Below are positions 39,975-49,547 of a stretch of 64,000 nucleotides of DNA, piece after piece. Source of the DNA: an uncultured Bacteroidales bacterium. GTDB lineage: Bacteria; Bacteroidota; Bacteroidia; Bacteroidales; JAUNSR01. The notes under the pieces were generated by a model, which did no database searches, was not told the origin of the DNA, and saw nothing but the letters and a program-made list of their open reading frames with translations. A program made the translations under genes and the position numbers. The stretch is from NCBI GenBank assembly GCA_947074145.1, contig CAMTOJ010000004.1, positions 20,177 to 84,176 of the forward strand. Direction: 5' to 3'. Each line of letters opens with the position of its first letter. The first letter of the stretch is position 1.

Positions 39975-40955
39975 ATGAGTAAAAGTTTATCATATATATT
40001 CAGGAGTGGTAAAAATCCTAAATATATTTATTACGGAATAAATATGTTCCGTCAAATCTTACCATCTTTCCTATTTAGGTTCAGAAGGAATTATTATTTA
40101 AGAAAGATTGAAAATCATCCTGACAAGGATTATATAATCTCAAGGGTAAATTATTATAATAAATTAGCCGAAAATGCATCTTTATCAGATAAGGCTTCTT
40201 TATTGAAGGATCATAAGTTAACCAAACAATACAAAGTGTATTTTTTTGACTCTTATGAATTTACTCGTTATTTTCCAAAAAATTTCAAGTGGGGTTATAT
40301 GCCGGGAGATGTAATTACCGTACCTGAAATACCATCAGTGGTAAAGAGCCGACCTTTGAATGATGAAAATGAAAATTCAGTGGTAATGAAACTTGAAAAG
40401 AATAGACATTTTACTTTTCTTAAAGATTCAAAACCTTTCAGTGAAAAGATGAATAAAGTAATTTTCAGAGGTAAAATACATGGGAAATCTATTCGTGTTC
40501 AATTGATGGAAATGTATTTTGACCATCCTATGTGTGATTTTGGAGATGTGGGAAGACATCCTGAAATTCCACAAAAATGGAAAACCGGGAAAATGACTTT
40601 ATATGAACATCTTGATTATAAATTCATTATGTCTCTTGAAGGTAATGATGTAGCAAGTAACCTTAAATGGGTTATGTCGTCAAATTCAATAGCCGTTATG
40701 CCTAAGCCTACATGCGAAACATGGTTTATGGAGGGTACTTTAATTCCAAATTATCATTATATCGAAATAAAAGAGGATTTATCTGATTTGGAAGAAAGAT
40801 TGAATTATTATATTGAGCATGAAGATGAGGCTCTTGAAATTATAAAACACGCACATGAATATGTTGAGATGTTTTTAGATGAAGATAGAGAGTTTTTAAT
40901 ATCAATGCTTGTTCTCGATAAATATTTTCAAAAGACAGGACAACATAGTAAATAA
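39975..40955 (+). CDS. glycosyltransferase family 90 (CAP10/LpsA-like) protein
   Basis: YKFIMSLEGNDVASNLKWVMSSNSIAVMP...WFMEGTLIPNYHYIEI is typical of the CAP10 domain. I prefer the ATG at 39975 over the ORF-track TTG at 39918. Confidence 0.6.
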   Translation: MSKSLSYIFRSGKNPKYIYYGINMFRQILPSFLFRFRRNYYLRKIENHPDKDYIISRVNYYNKLAENASLSDKASLLKDHKLTKQYKVYFFDSYEFTRYFPKNFKWGYMPGDVITVPEIPSVVKSRPLNDENENSVVMKLEKNRHFTFLKDSKPFSEKMNKVIFRGKIHGKSIRVQLMEMYFDHPMCDFGDVGRHPEIPQKWKTGKMTLYEHLDYKFIMSLEGNDVASNLKWVMSSNSIAVMPKPTCETWFMEGTLIPNYHYIEIKEDLSDLEERLNYYIEHEDEALEIIKHAHEYVEMFLDEDREFLISMLVLDKYFQKTGQHSK

Positions 40956-41066
40956 AAATATAAAGGCTAAAATAATAGATTGTATTATTTATTTCGAAAA
41001 CCGTACTCAATATTATATTAAAAAACAAAGGCTGAAAGATCTCTTTTTCAGCCAATAAATATAAAA

Positions 41067-41099
41067 AAGGGTGTATCACTTAATTTTGATACACCCTTT
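41067..41099. terminator. bidirectional terminator between the GT90 gene and the transporter gene
   Basis: AAGGGTGTATCA / TGATACACCCTT stem flanked by A6 and T5. A second hairpin (GGCTGAAA / TTTCAGCC) lies at 41030-41053. Confidence 0.7.
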
Positions 41100-41123
41100 T
41101 TGTTTCTATTTATGTATAGGTAA

Positions 41124-42797
41124 TTAACCTAATGCAATTAGCATCATAACCTGAGCTGTCAATACTCTAAGAAACATAGTCAACGGATAAACAGTAGCAT
41201 AAGCAACCGAAGGCACATTATTTTCAGAATATGCATTAGAATATGCCAATGCCGGAGGATCGGTTGTTGAACCGGCTATCAATCCCATAAGAGTAAAATA
41301 GTTTAGCTTACAGAATAAACGACCAATTGTCCCCATTATCAATATTGGTATTATTGTGATAATAAATCCGTAAAGTACCCACATATACCCACCGTTTGCT
41401 ATAGTCTCTACAAATCCCTGTCCTGCTCCGAGTCCGACAGCAGCGAGGAACAAGGAGATACCGATCTCTCGAAGCATCATATTGGCTGAGAAGGTAGTAT
41501 ATGTAACGAGTTTATATTTAGGCCCAAAACGAGAAACCAGGATAGCGATAATAAGTGGACCGCCGGCAAGACCAAGTTTAACAGGTTGTGGAATACCAGG
41601 GAACATAAAAGGAATAGATCCTAACATAACACCTACTACAATACCAAAGAAAATAGGAATAAGATTGGGTTCGCGAAGACGTTTCATTGAGTTTCCCAAT
41701 AATGAAGAAACCTGGTTTATTCTTATAGAATCACCTACAACTGTTACTCTATCACCCATTTGCAACATAAGGTCTGGAGTAGCAATAAGATCAAATCCTG
41801 CACGGTTGACTCTTGTAACTGTAACGCCGTAATTTCTTCTGATATTAAGTGCTCCTAACTTTTTACCATTTAATTCAGGCTTGGTCACCATTACTTTACG
41901 TGAAATATATTGATTGTTTAATTCTTCCCATTTACTTTGATCCATTTCAAATCGTTCTCCAATAAAGGCTACAATTGCTTCAAGATCTTCAGGTGCAGCA
42001 ACAACAAATATTTTATCATCTTCAGCAAGAACAGTATTATTAGCTGCCATTTCTATCTGATGAACTGCAGTGTGACAAATTCTTGATACTATAAATTTAC
42101 GCCCCACAAGATTTGAAATTCCATCTATTGTTTTACCGAATAATGCAGGATTACGAACAACTATTGTGGCAAGTTCTACCTGATCTTCAGATTCTTTATT
42201 CATTCGGTTGATATCTTCTGTTTCTTTTTCATATTTGATTTTGAAGAATGCTCTTAACAAAATAAGACTCAATATGATACCGACAACACCTAAAGGATAT
42301 GCTACTGCGTATCCCAGTGCAATATTGGGATCCGAAGAACCGGTAGCATCAGCATAAGCCTGCTGCGCTGCACCAAGCCCGGGTGTATTAGTCACGGCTC
42401 CGGAAAGTACACCTACCATTGTCACCAGACTCTCGCCTGTTATAACGTGTATACAGTAAGCAGTTATAACACCAAGAAAAACTACTCCCATTGCTAATAA
42501 ATTAAGTGTAATCCCACCCTTCTTGAAGGAGGAAAAGAAGCCGGGACCGACCTGCATCCCTACTGAATATACAAATAAGATAAGACCAAACTCTTTCACA
42601 AAATGAAGAGTATGAGAGTCAACTGTCATACCTAAATGACTAAGGAAAATTCCAACAAAAAGAATCCAAGTAATACCTAAGGATATACCTGCAATTTTAA
42701 TTCTTCCTAATACAATGCCACAGGCAATAACCATGGCCAGAAGAAGCACTGTATGTGCTATCCCTTCACCAAAGAACAAATTATAAAACCATTCCAT
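41124..42797 (-). CDS. YidE/YbjL family (AAE, aspartate:alanine-exchanger-type) transporter with central RCK_C/TrkA-C domains
   Basis: 557 aa. Duplicated membrane domains flank two soluble TrkA-C-like segments. Confidence 0.8.
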   Translation of the reverse strand: MEWFYNLFFGEGIAHTVLLLAMVIACGIVLGRIKIAGISLGITWILFVGIFLSHLGMTVDSHTLHFVKEFGLILFVYSVGMQVGPGFFSSFKKGGITLNLLAMGVVFLGVITAYCIHVITGESLVTMVGVLSGAVTNTPGLGAAQQAYADATGSSDPNIALGYAVAYPLGVVGIILSLILLRAFFKIKYEKETEDINRMNKESEDQVELATIVVRNPALFGKTIDGISNLVGRKFIVSRICHTAVHQIEMAANNTVLAEDDKIFVVAAPEDLEAIVAFIGERFEMDQSKWEELNNQYISRKVMVTKPELNGKKLGALNIRRNYGVTVTRVNRAGFDLIATPDLMLQMGDRVTVVGDSIRINQVSSLLGNSMKRLREPNLIPIFFGIVVGVMLGSIPFMFPGIPQPVKLGLAGGPLIIAILVSRFGPKYKLVTYTTFSANMMLREIGISLFLAAVGLGAGQGFVETIANGGYMWVLYGFIITIIPILIMGTIGRLFCKLNYFTLMGLIAGSTTDPPALAYSNAYSENNVPSVAYATVYPLTMFLRVLTAQVMMLIALG

Positions 42798-42918
42798 AAC
42801 AACAATAACAATCTTTTATATTATAATTTAAATGTGTGTATTTTATTCTTATATTAATCATAATACACAATTAATGAAAATTGTGATTTTTAACCATTAG
42901 AATCAAAAAAATGACGTG

Positions 42919-42926
42919 CAAAAGTA
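42919..42926 (-). promoter_or_regulatory. -7 box TACTTTTG upstream of the YidE/YbjL-type transporter gene
   Basis: The reverse complement of caaaagta, about 120 nt upstream of the start. Confidence 0.35.
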
Positions 42927-43273
42927 TTAATTTTCTTAAAGTGACGAACTTTTTGCTACATAAATATTTAAAATATTTTCATTTTATTGGATTATAGATG
43001 TTTTAGCTTGTAGATTGTTTATTATAAAATGTCTTAATTAACTATTACTCATGCCTCTTAATGATAAAATGAGATTTAGCTTGTATTATTTTTTTGAAAA
43101 AAACATCATTTTACATCAAAAAATAGATTCCCAACAATATCTCACTAATAATCAGAACTTAAAGAAACGAACATCTATAATAGGCCTCTATTTTATATGC
43201 ACAAAAAGATATTTTTTGCGCAATAAGAATCAAAACTTTTTATGAATTATAGTTTGTAGGTTAATTTTTTTTC

Positions 43274-43281
43274 TAATTTTG
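43274..43281 (+). promoter_or_regulatory. -7 box TAATTTTG driving the B12 riboswitch leader
   Basis: Matches TAnnTTTG, about 35 nt upstream of riboswitch P1. Confidence 0.5.
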
Positions 43282-43315
43282 CCCGCCGATAAAGGTTCAT
43301 TTTTATAAATCTATA

Positions 43316-43463
43316 AATAATGATTAAAAGGGAATCAGGTGAAAATCCGGAACAGTCCCGCTGCTGTGAGCTTAATAAAAGCGATTAGAAAAACTACTTG
43401 CCACTGAATTTTGGATTCGGGAAGGCTTTCTAATCTAAGCAAGTCAGAAGACCTGCCATTATT
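43316..43463 (+). promoter_or_regulatory. cobalamin (B12) riboswitch aptamer
   Basis: P1 arms AATAATG (43316-22) and CATTATT (43457-63). Conserved core AAAAGGGAATCAGGTGAAAATCCGGAACAGTCCCGCTGCTGTGAGC, then GCCACTG (43400-06), GGGAAGGC, and B12 box AGTCAGAAGACCTGCC (43442-57). Confidence 0.9.
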
Positions 43464-43658
43464 AACGATATTTTCTATTTCTCGTGGGATAGAGATAGGA
43501 AATGGACGATATCATAAATAAATGATATCTGATCAATTAATAAATTATAACCATAAAAGACATGATAGTTGCAATAAATATTGCAACGAATATATTATGT
43601 ATAAAAAATTATAACGGCGCATCACCTGCTATTATTTATATACTAACGGTGATCTAAA

Positions 43659-45182
43659 GTGAATAATATGATAAAAAAATTATTAGTAGCAAACCGCGGC
43701 GAGATAGCCATACGAGTTATGAGATCTTGCAAAGAGATGGGAATTGAAACAGTTGCTGTCTTTTCAGAGGCCGATAGAACTTCAAAGCATGTTTCATATG
43801 CAGATGAAGCATACTGTATTGGACCTGCGGCATCTAAAGAAAGTTATCTGTGCATTGATAAGATTATTGATGTTGCAAAGAGATCGGGAGCAGATGCAAT
43901 TCATCCCGGTTATGGTTTTTTGTCTGAGAATTCAGAATTCGCTCGTAGATGTAAACAAGAAAATATAGAGTTCGTTGGTCCTTCCGGAGAAACCATGGAT
44001 ATGATGGGTGATAAAATATCGGCAAGAATAAAAATGATAGATGCCGGTGTTCCTGTCGTTCCCGGAACTAAAGAACCTCTAAAAAGTATAGAAGAAGCCA
44101 AGAGATTATGTAATGAAATAGGTTATCCTGTAATGCTTAAAGCCTCTGCCGGAGGTGGAGGAAAAGGGATGAGACTTATCTACTCTGAATCAGAGGTTGA
44201 AGAAGCTTATAACACTGCAAAATCGGAATCGATGTCATCATTCGGTGACGACACTGTATATCTTGAGAAATTTGTTGAAGAACCTCATCATATAGAATTT
44301 CAGATTCTTGGTGATAAACATGGTAATGTGGTTCATCTTTTTGAAAGAGAATGTTCAGTACAAAGACGTAATCAAAAAATCGTAGAAGAATCTCCTTCTT
44401 GTTTTATCAATGACCAATTAAGAAAAGAGATGGGTGCAAAAGCGGTAGCTGCTGCACAGGCAGTGAATTATGTTGGAGCCGGCACTATAGAGTTTCTTGT
44501 GGATAAAAACAGAAACTATTATTTCCTTGAAATGAATACTAGACTTCAGGTAGAACATCCTATCACAGAAGAGGTTTTAGGGATTGATCTTGTCAAAGAG
44601 ATGATAAATATCGCAAACAGTCAACCTCTTCGATTCAAACAAGAAGATATCTTCCAACGTGGTCATGCTATTGAGGTTCGTATATGTGCAGAAGATACAA
44701 ATTTCAATTTTATGCCTTCTCCAGGAATTATTAAACAACTAACAGAACCTCAGGGGATAGGTGTTAGATTAGATACTTACGTTTATGAGGGATATGAAAT
44801 ACCGGTTCATTATGACCCAATGATTGGTAAACTAATAGTTTGGGCAACAACAAGGGAATATGCTATTGAAAGAATGCGTCGTGTATTACATGAATATAAA
44901 ATCACAGGAGTTAAAAATAACATAGCCTATTTACGTCGTATCATGGATATACCTGATTTTGTAGAGGGACATTATGATACAGGATTTATTGCTAAAAATG
45001 CAGATTTATTGTTAGAAAATGAGTCCGATGGGCAAGAAACAACTGAAAATGTAGCAATGATTGCCGCATATATAGATTATCTGATGAATCTTGAAGAAAA
45101 TAAACCTAACTCAACTGAAGACAATCGTCCTATAAGCAAATGGAAAGAATTTGGTCGTCAAAAAGGTGTATTAAGAATATAA
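43659..45182 (+). CDS. accC: biotin carboxylase subunit of an acyl-CoA (acetyl/propionyl-CoA) carboxylase
   Basis: 507 aa. LLVANRGEIAIR, ATP-grasp GGGGKGMR. The ORF-track start is GTG 43659; ATG 43668 (MIKKLLVANRGE) is equally plausible. Confidence 0.9.
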   Translation: MNNMIKKLLVANRGEIAIRVMRSCKEMGIETVAVFSEADRTSKHVSYADEAYCIGPAASKESYLCIDKIIDVAKRSGADAIHPGYGFLSENSEFARRCKQENIEFVGPSGETMDMMGDKISARIKMIDAGVPVVPGTKEPLKSIEEAKRLCNEIGYPVMLKASAGGGGKGMRLIYSESEVEEAYNTAKSESMSSFGDDTVYLEKFVEEPHHIEFQILGDKHGNVVHLFERECSVQRRNQKIVEESPSCFINDQLRKEMGAKAVAAAQAVNYVGAGTIEFLVDKNRNYYFLEMNTRLQVEHPITEEVLGIDLVKEMINIANSQPLRFKQEDIFQRGHAIEVRICAEDTNFNFMPSPGIIKQLTEPQGIGVRLDTYVYEGYEIPVHYDPMIGKLIVWATTREYAIERMRRVLHEYKITGVKNNIAYLRRIMDIPDFVEGHYDTGFIAKNADLLLENESDGQETTENVAMIAAYIDYLMNLEENKPNSTEDNRPISKWKEFGRQKGVLRI

Positions 45183-45186
45183 TTTT

Positions 45187-45696
45187 ATGGAAGTACATAT
45201 AGGTAATAGAGTAGCAGAAATAGAACTTATTTCAAAAGATGGAAATAAAGTTCAGCTTAATATAGACGGTAAAATACTTGAAGTTGATATCGTAATGACT
45301 GAAAAAGGAGTATGTTCTTTGCTTCATAATGGTAAGTCGTATAATGCAGAACTAAATAGATCTGAACAAGGTAAAAAATATAAAGTAAATACTCATTTTT
45401 CATCTTTTGATGTAGAAATTGTTGATAATCAGGCGAAATTCCTTCGCATGAGAAAAAAAGATGACGCTGCCCAGGATAACAAAATTACATCTCCAATGCC
45501 AGGAAAGGTTGTTAAGGTTCTTGTAAATGAGGGCGATGAAGTTGAAACCGGAGCAAATGTGATAGTAATAGAAGCGATGAAAATGCAAAGTAATTACAAA
45601 GTTAATTCCGACTGTACAATCAAAGAGATTCTTGTAAAAGAGGGAGATACTGTTAATAGTGATCAGGTTTTGATTAAGTTGGATCTTAAAAAATAA
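45187..45696 (+). CDS. biotin carboxyl carrier protein (biotinyl/lipoyl domain)
   Basis: 169 aa, biotinylation motif EAMKM. Confidence 0.85.
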   Translation: MEVHIGNRVAEIELISKDGNKVQLNIDGKILEVDIVMTEKGVCSLLHNGKSYNAELNRSEQGKKYKVNTHFSSFDVEIVDNQAKFLRMRKKDDAAQDNKITSPMPGKVVKVLVNEGDEVETGANVIVIEAMKMQSNYKVNSDCTIKEILVKEGDTVNSDQVLIKLDLKK

Positions 45697-45700
45697 GAGT

Positions 45701-47233
45701 ATGGATAATAATCAGAAATATAAGGAATTTGAACAAAAAGATAAAGAAGCCGGTATTGGCGGAGGTATTGATAAGATTCAAAAACAACATGAACAGGGAA
45801 AACTAACTGCTCGTGAACGAATCGAGAAGCTACTTGACAAGGGTACTTTTACAGAACTTGATAAGTTTGTTACTCATCGATGCACAAATTTCGGAATGGA
45901 TAAAACGAAAATTCCGGGTGACGGAGTTGTTTCGGGATATGGTTATGTTGAAGGTAGATTAACATATGTTTATGCTTACGATTTCACAGTATATGGTGGC
46001 TCTTTAAGTGCTGTAAATGCTGCTAAAATTGTTAAGGTTCAACAAATGGCTCTTAAAAACGGAGCTCCTATTATTGCACTTAATGATTCGGGAGGTGCTC
46101 GTATTCAAGAGGGGGTTGAATCATTGACAGGTTATGCTAATATATTTTATCAAAATACAATGGCATCAGGTGTTATACCTCAGATCTCTGCTATTCTCGG
46201 ACCATGTGCCGGAGGTGCATGCTACTCTCCTGCTCTTACAGATTTTATCTTTATGGTAAAAGAAAAGAGCCATATGTTCGTAACCGGTCCGGATGTTGTA
46301 AAAACCGTAACTCATGAGGTGGTGACAAAAGAGGAACTTGGTGGAGCACAAACACATGCAAGCAAAAGCGGTGTGGCTCATTTTATGGGAAATGATGAAG
46401 AAGAAGTTATTATGAGTATTCGTGAACTTCTAAGCTTCTTACCTTCCAATAATATGGAAGATGCGCCAAAACAGAATTGCCTTGATGATATTCAACGTGA
46501 AGATGAATCATTGATGACACTTATCCCTGACGATCCTAATATGCCTTACGAAATGAAGGATCTGATAGAATCGGTCGTTGATAATCATTACTTTTTCGAA
46601 GTTCAGCCACATTTTGCAAAAAATATTATTGTTGGATTCGCTCGTATGGGTGGTAAATCAGTTGGTATTGTTGCAAATCAACCTAATTATCAGGCTGGAG
46701 TTCTTGATATCGATGCATCAGATAAAGCAGCAAGATTTATACGTTTCTGTGATTGTTTCAATATTCCTATTATTACCTTCGAGGATGTACCAGGATTCCT
46801 TCCGGGAACTACCCAGGAGCATAATGGAATAATTCGTCACGGTGCAAAAATTGTTTATGCTTATGCAGAAGCTACAGTACCGAAAATTACTCTTATTACT
46901 CGTAAAGCTTATGGAGGTGCATATATCGTTATGTCGAGTAAGCAGACCGGTGCAGATGTAAATCTTTGTTATCCTACAGCAGAAATCGCTGTTATGGGTG
47001 CAGAGGGAGCTGTAAATATTCTTTACAGAAATGCAGATGAAGAGGCAAGACAAAAAGCAATTGCGGATTATAAAGAGAATTTCGCAAATCCTTACAGAGT
47101 AGCTGAATTAGGATATATTGACGAGATTATTCTTCCAAGAAACACAAGGAATAAATTAATTCAGGCATTGGAAATGACTAAAAATAAGTCGGTCACAAAT
47201 CCTCCTAAAAAGCACGGAAATATTCCATTATAA
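45701..47233 (+). CDS. acyl-CoA carboxylase carboxyltransferase subunit (propionyl-CoA carboxylase beta / methylmalonyl-CoA carboxyltransferase family)
   Basis: 510 aa. Typical PccB/12S layout (LTARERIEKLLDKGTF, NDSGGARIQEG, RKAYGGAYIVM). Confidence 0.9.
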   Translation: MDNNQKYKEFEQKDKEAGIGGGIDKIQKQHEQGKLTARERIEKLLDKGTFTELDKFVTHRCTNFGMDKTKIPGDGVVSGYGYVEGRLTYVYAYDFTVYGGSLSAVNAAKIVKVQQMALKNGAPIIALNDSGGARIQEGVESLTGYANIFYQNTMASGVIPQISAILGPCAGGACYSPALTDFIFMVKEKSHMFVTGPDVVKTVTHEVVTKEELGGAQTHASKSGVAHFMGNDEEEVIMSIRELLSFLPSNNMEDAPKQNCLDDIQREDESLMTLIPDDPNMPYEMKDLIESVVDNHYFFEVQPHFAKNIIVGFARMGGKSVGIVANQPNYQAGVLDIDASDKAARFIRFCDCFNIPIITFEDVPGFLPGTTQEHNGIIRHGAKIVYAYAEATVPKITLITRKAYGGAYIVMSSKQTGADVNLCYPTAEIAVMGAEGAVNILYRNADEEARQKAIADYKENFANPYRVAELGYIDEIILPRNTRNKLIQALEMTKNKSVTNPPKKHGNIPL

Positions 47234-47249
47234 AAATTCAAAAATAAAA

Positions 47250-47290
47250 AATAACCTCATAGATGAATATCATTCACTTATGAGGTTATT
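47250..47290. terminator. bidirectional terminator after the carboxylase operon
   Basis: AATAACCTCATA / TATGAGGTTATT 12-bp stem with A and T flanks. Confidence 0.65.
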
Positions 47291-47305
47291 CTTTTATAAA
47301 GTAGA

Positions 47306-47560
47306 TTATCCTTTTTTCATAATTTTGAGGAGTCGTACACGATCAATCATAAATCTATTCTCGCAAGACTCATACATTTTATCAATCAGTTTATCAACTC
47401 TTTTGTTGTATTCAAAAATATAATTGGTTGCATCTAATGCATTTTTAACTTTTTCCATAGCGACATCTTCTAAGGTGATTCGTTTAGCAAGATAATCGGA
47501 ACAACGTTTTGCTTTTTTATATTCTGTTTGTAAAAGCAATATATCTTGTTGTAATGACAT
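47306..47560 (-). CDS. hypothetical small coiled-coil protein
   Basis: 84-aa ORF filling an otherwise empty interval between two hairpin terminators. No motif recognised. Confidence 0.35.
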   Translation of the reverse strand: MSLQQDILLLQTEYKKAKRCSDYLAKRITLEDVAMEKVKNALDATNYIFEYNKRVDKLIDKMYESCENRFMIDRVRLLKIMKKG

Positions 47561-47744
47561 AAATCTAATATATTAATAGTATAATAAAACTCTGACAAAT
47601 CTAAATAAATTCATCAGAGTAAGAGCTATGAAATCTATCTTTTCGTAATCAAAGTTTAGATCGATATCTATGAATAATTATATTTTGATTTATTCCATTC
47701 CCAAAAATTACGATAAAAAACTATGCTGATAGAGATTAAGAAAA

Positions 47745-49304
47745 TTATAATAGCTTATCTTTTAATCTATCATCAAAAGCTGCCAGAGAAGCCTTTGCTC
47801 CTTCTCCCATTGCAATTATTATCTGTTTAAAAGGAACTGTTGATACATCACCTGCTGCATAAATACCGGGAATATTTGTACGACAATAACTATCAATCAC
47901 GATTTCTCCACTCTTTGTAATCTCTACATATTTGTCAAAAATTGTGCTATTGGGTTTTAATCCAATTTGAATAAATACTCCATCAACATCTATATTATTA
48001 ATATTTCCTGTTTTAAGATCCTTAAATTCAAGACTTGTAACTTTCTTACCATCTCCTTTAATTTCTGTACTCTGTGCTTCGGTATATATTTTCACATTAG
48101 AGAGTGATTTTAATTTTTCCTGTAGAACCTGATCCCCTCTTAATTCTTTACCAAATTCAAGAACGGTAACATCGGTTGCAATTGAAGCAAGATCAATAGC
48201 TGCCTCAAGACCTGAATTACCGCCTCCAATAACTGCTACTTTTTTACCTTTATAAAAAGGACCGTCACAGTGAGTACAAAAAGCAATACCAGACCCGATA
48301 TATTGACTCTCACCGGGGATATTTAATTTACGCCAACTTGCTCCTGTTGTTATAATAAGAGCAGGGGCTGAAACCTCTTCTCCTAAAGATGTTTTAATAG
48401 TCTTGATACCGTTTTCTATATTTAGATCCTCGATTCTTCTATTATTAAGTATATCAATATCATAATCATTGATATGCAATCCCATATTATCGGCTAGCTG
48501 TTTACCCGTTGTATTGACCACAGATATCATATTCTCAATAGCAGAAGTTTCAAGAATTTGCCCTCCCATTCTTTCTGCAATAATAGCCACTTTAAGACCT
48601 TTTCTTGCAGAATAGATAGCAGCAGAAGTCCCAGCCGGTCCACCACCGGCAATTATAACATCATAAACTTTCTTTATTATAAGGTTACCCTTATGCAAAC
48701 TTTCAGAACCATATTGACCTTCAAGCTTTTCAAGAATCTCTGTTAATGGAGTTCTTCCAACAGAGAGAAGTTTATCATCAGCAAAAAGAGTTGGAACAGC
48801 CAATACATTCATTGATTTAGCCTCTTCTTCAAATAATGCACCATCAATAATCACATGTTTAATATTAGGATTTATTATTGTAATAAGATTGATGGTCTGA
48901 ACAACTTCCGGACAATTAGTACAACTAAGAGATATAAAACTCTTAATATTAATAGTTCCTTTTAGAGATTTTATTCTTTGTTGAATAACTTCATCCGGAA
49001 AGTTTTTGCCTTTTCCATCCAGATTTAATATTCCTAAAAGAAGAGTCGTAAATTCATGTCCCGTCGGTACTGCTTTGAAAATAAACCCTGCCTCTTCTCC
49101 ATTTTTATAAATTTTAAGTTCCAGATCATTACCCGGCTCTATTAGCATAGTAATCTTGTCCGAAGTATCTGTTATATCAGTAATCAAAGAGATCAAATCT
49201 TCTTTTTCACTAATATTTTCGTTAATAGATATTTTTAATATATATTGATTTTCAAGTGAAGAAAATAATGTTCTTACTTGCTCTTTTAAAGTATTATCTA
49301 ACAT
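47745..49304 (-). CDS. ahpF: alkyl hydroperoxide reductase subunit F
   Basis: 519 aa. N-terminal CTNCP and FAD-domain CTHCDG redox centres, GGGPAG. Confidence 0.95.
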   Translation of the reverse strand: MLDNTLKEQVRTLFSSLENQYILKISINENISEKEDLISLITDITDTSDKITMLIEPGNDLELKIYKNGEEAGFIFKAVPTGHEFTTLLLGILNLDGKGKNFPDEVIQQRIKSLKGTINIKSFISLSCTNCPEVVQTINLITIINPNIKHVIIDGALFEEEAKSMNVLAVPTLFADDKLLSVGRTPLTEILEKLEGQYGSESLHKGNLIIKKVYDVIIAGGGPAGTSAAIYSARKGLKVAIIAERMGGQILETSAIENMISVVNTTGKQLADNMGLHINDYDIDILNNRRIEDLNIENGIKTIKTSLGEEVSAPALIITTGASWRKLNIPGESQYIGSGIAFCTHCDGPFYKGKKVAVIGGGNSGLEAAIDLASIATDVTVLEFGKELRGDQVLQEKLKSLSNVKIYTEAQSTEIKGDGKKVTSLEFKDLKTGNINNIDVDGVFIQIGLKPNSTIFDKYVEITKSGEIVIDSYCRTNIPGIYAAGDVSTVPFKQIIIAMGEGAKASLAAFDDRLKDKLL

Positions 49305-49547
49305 ATTGATTGATTATAGTTTGAAAATTAATAATAGTAATATGACAAGAATTTAAATTTATTTACTCTGCGAAAAGATTGTGTAGAAAATTTTATCTCT
49401 TAAGATCTTTTTTTCCGATCAGATATAAATTATGTAAATAATAATGTGGTATTATTACGTCAATAGGCAATATTGAGATTAGTAGAAGTTGATTTAAATT
49501 GTAGATAAAAAGGAACCGTATAAACAACGGTTCCTTTTATAAGATTC

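Noticed and set aside
43051-43245. 64-aa ORF in the 860-bp region upstream of the riboswitch.
   Set aside because: Low-complexity Asn/Lys/Phe-rich product and no promoter box. It lies upstream of the TAATTTTG box that fits the riboswitch leader. Most likely non-coding.
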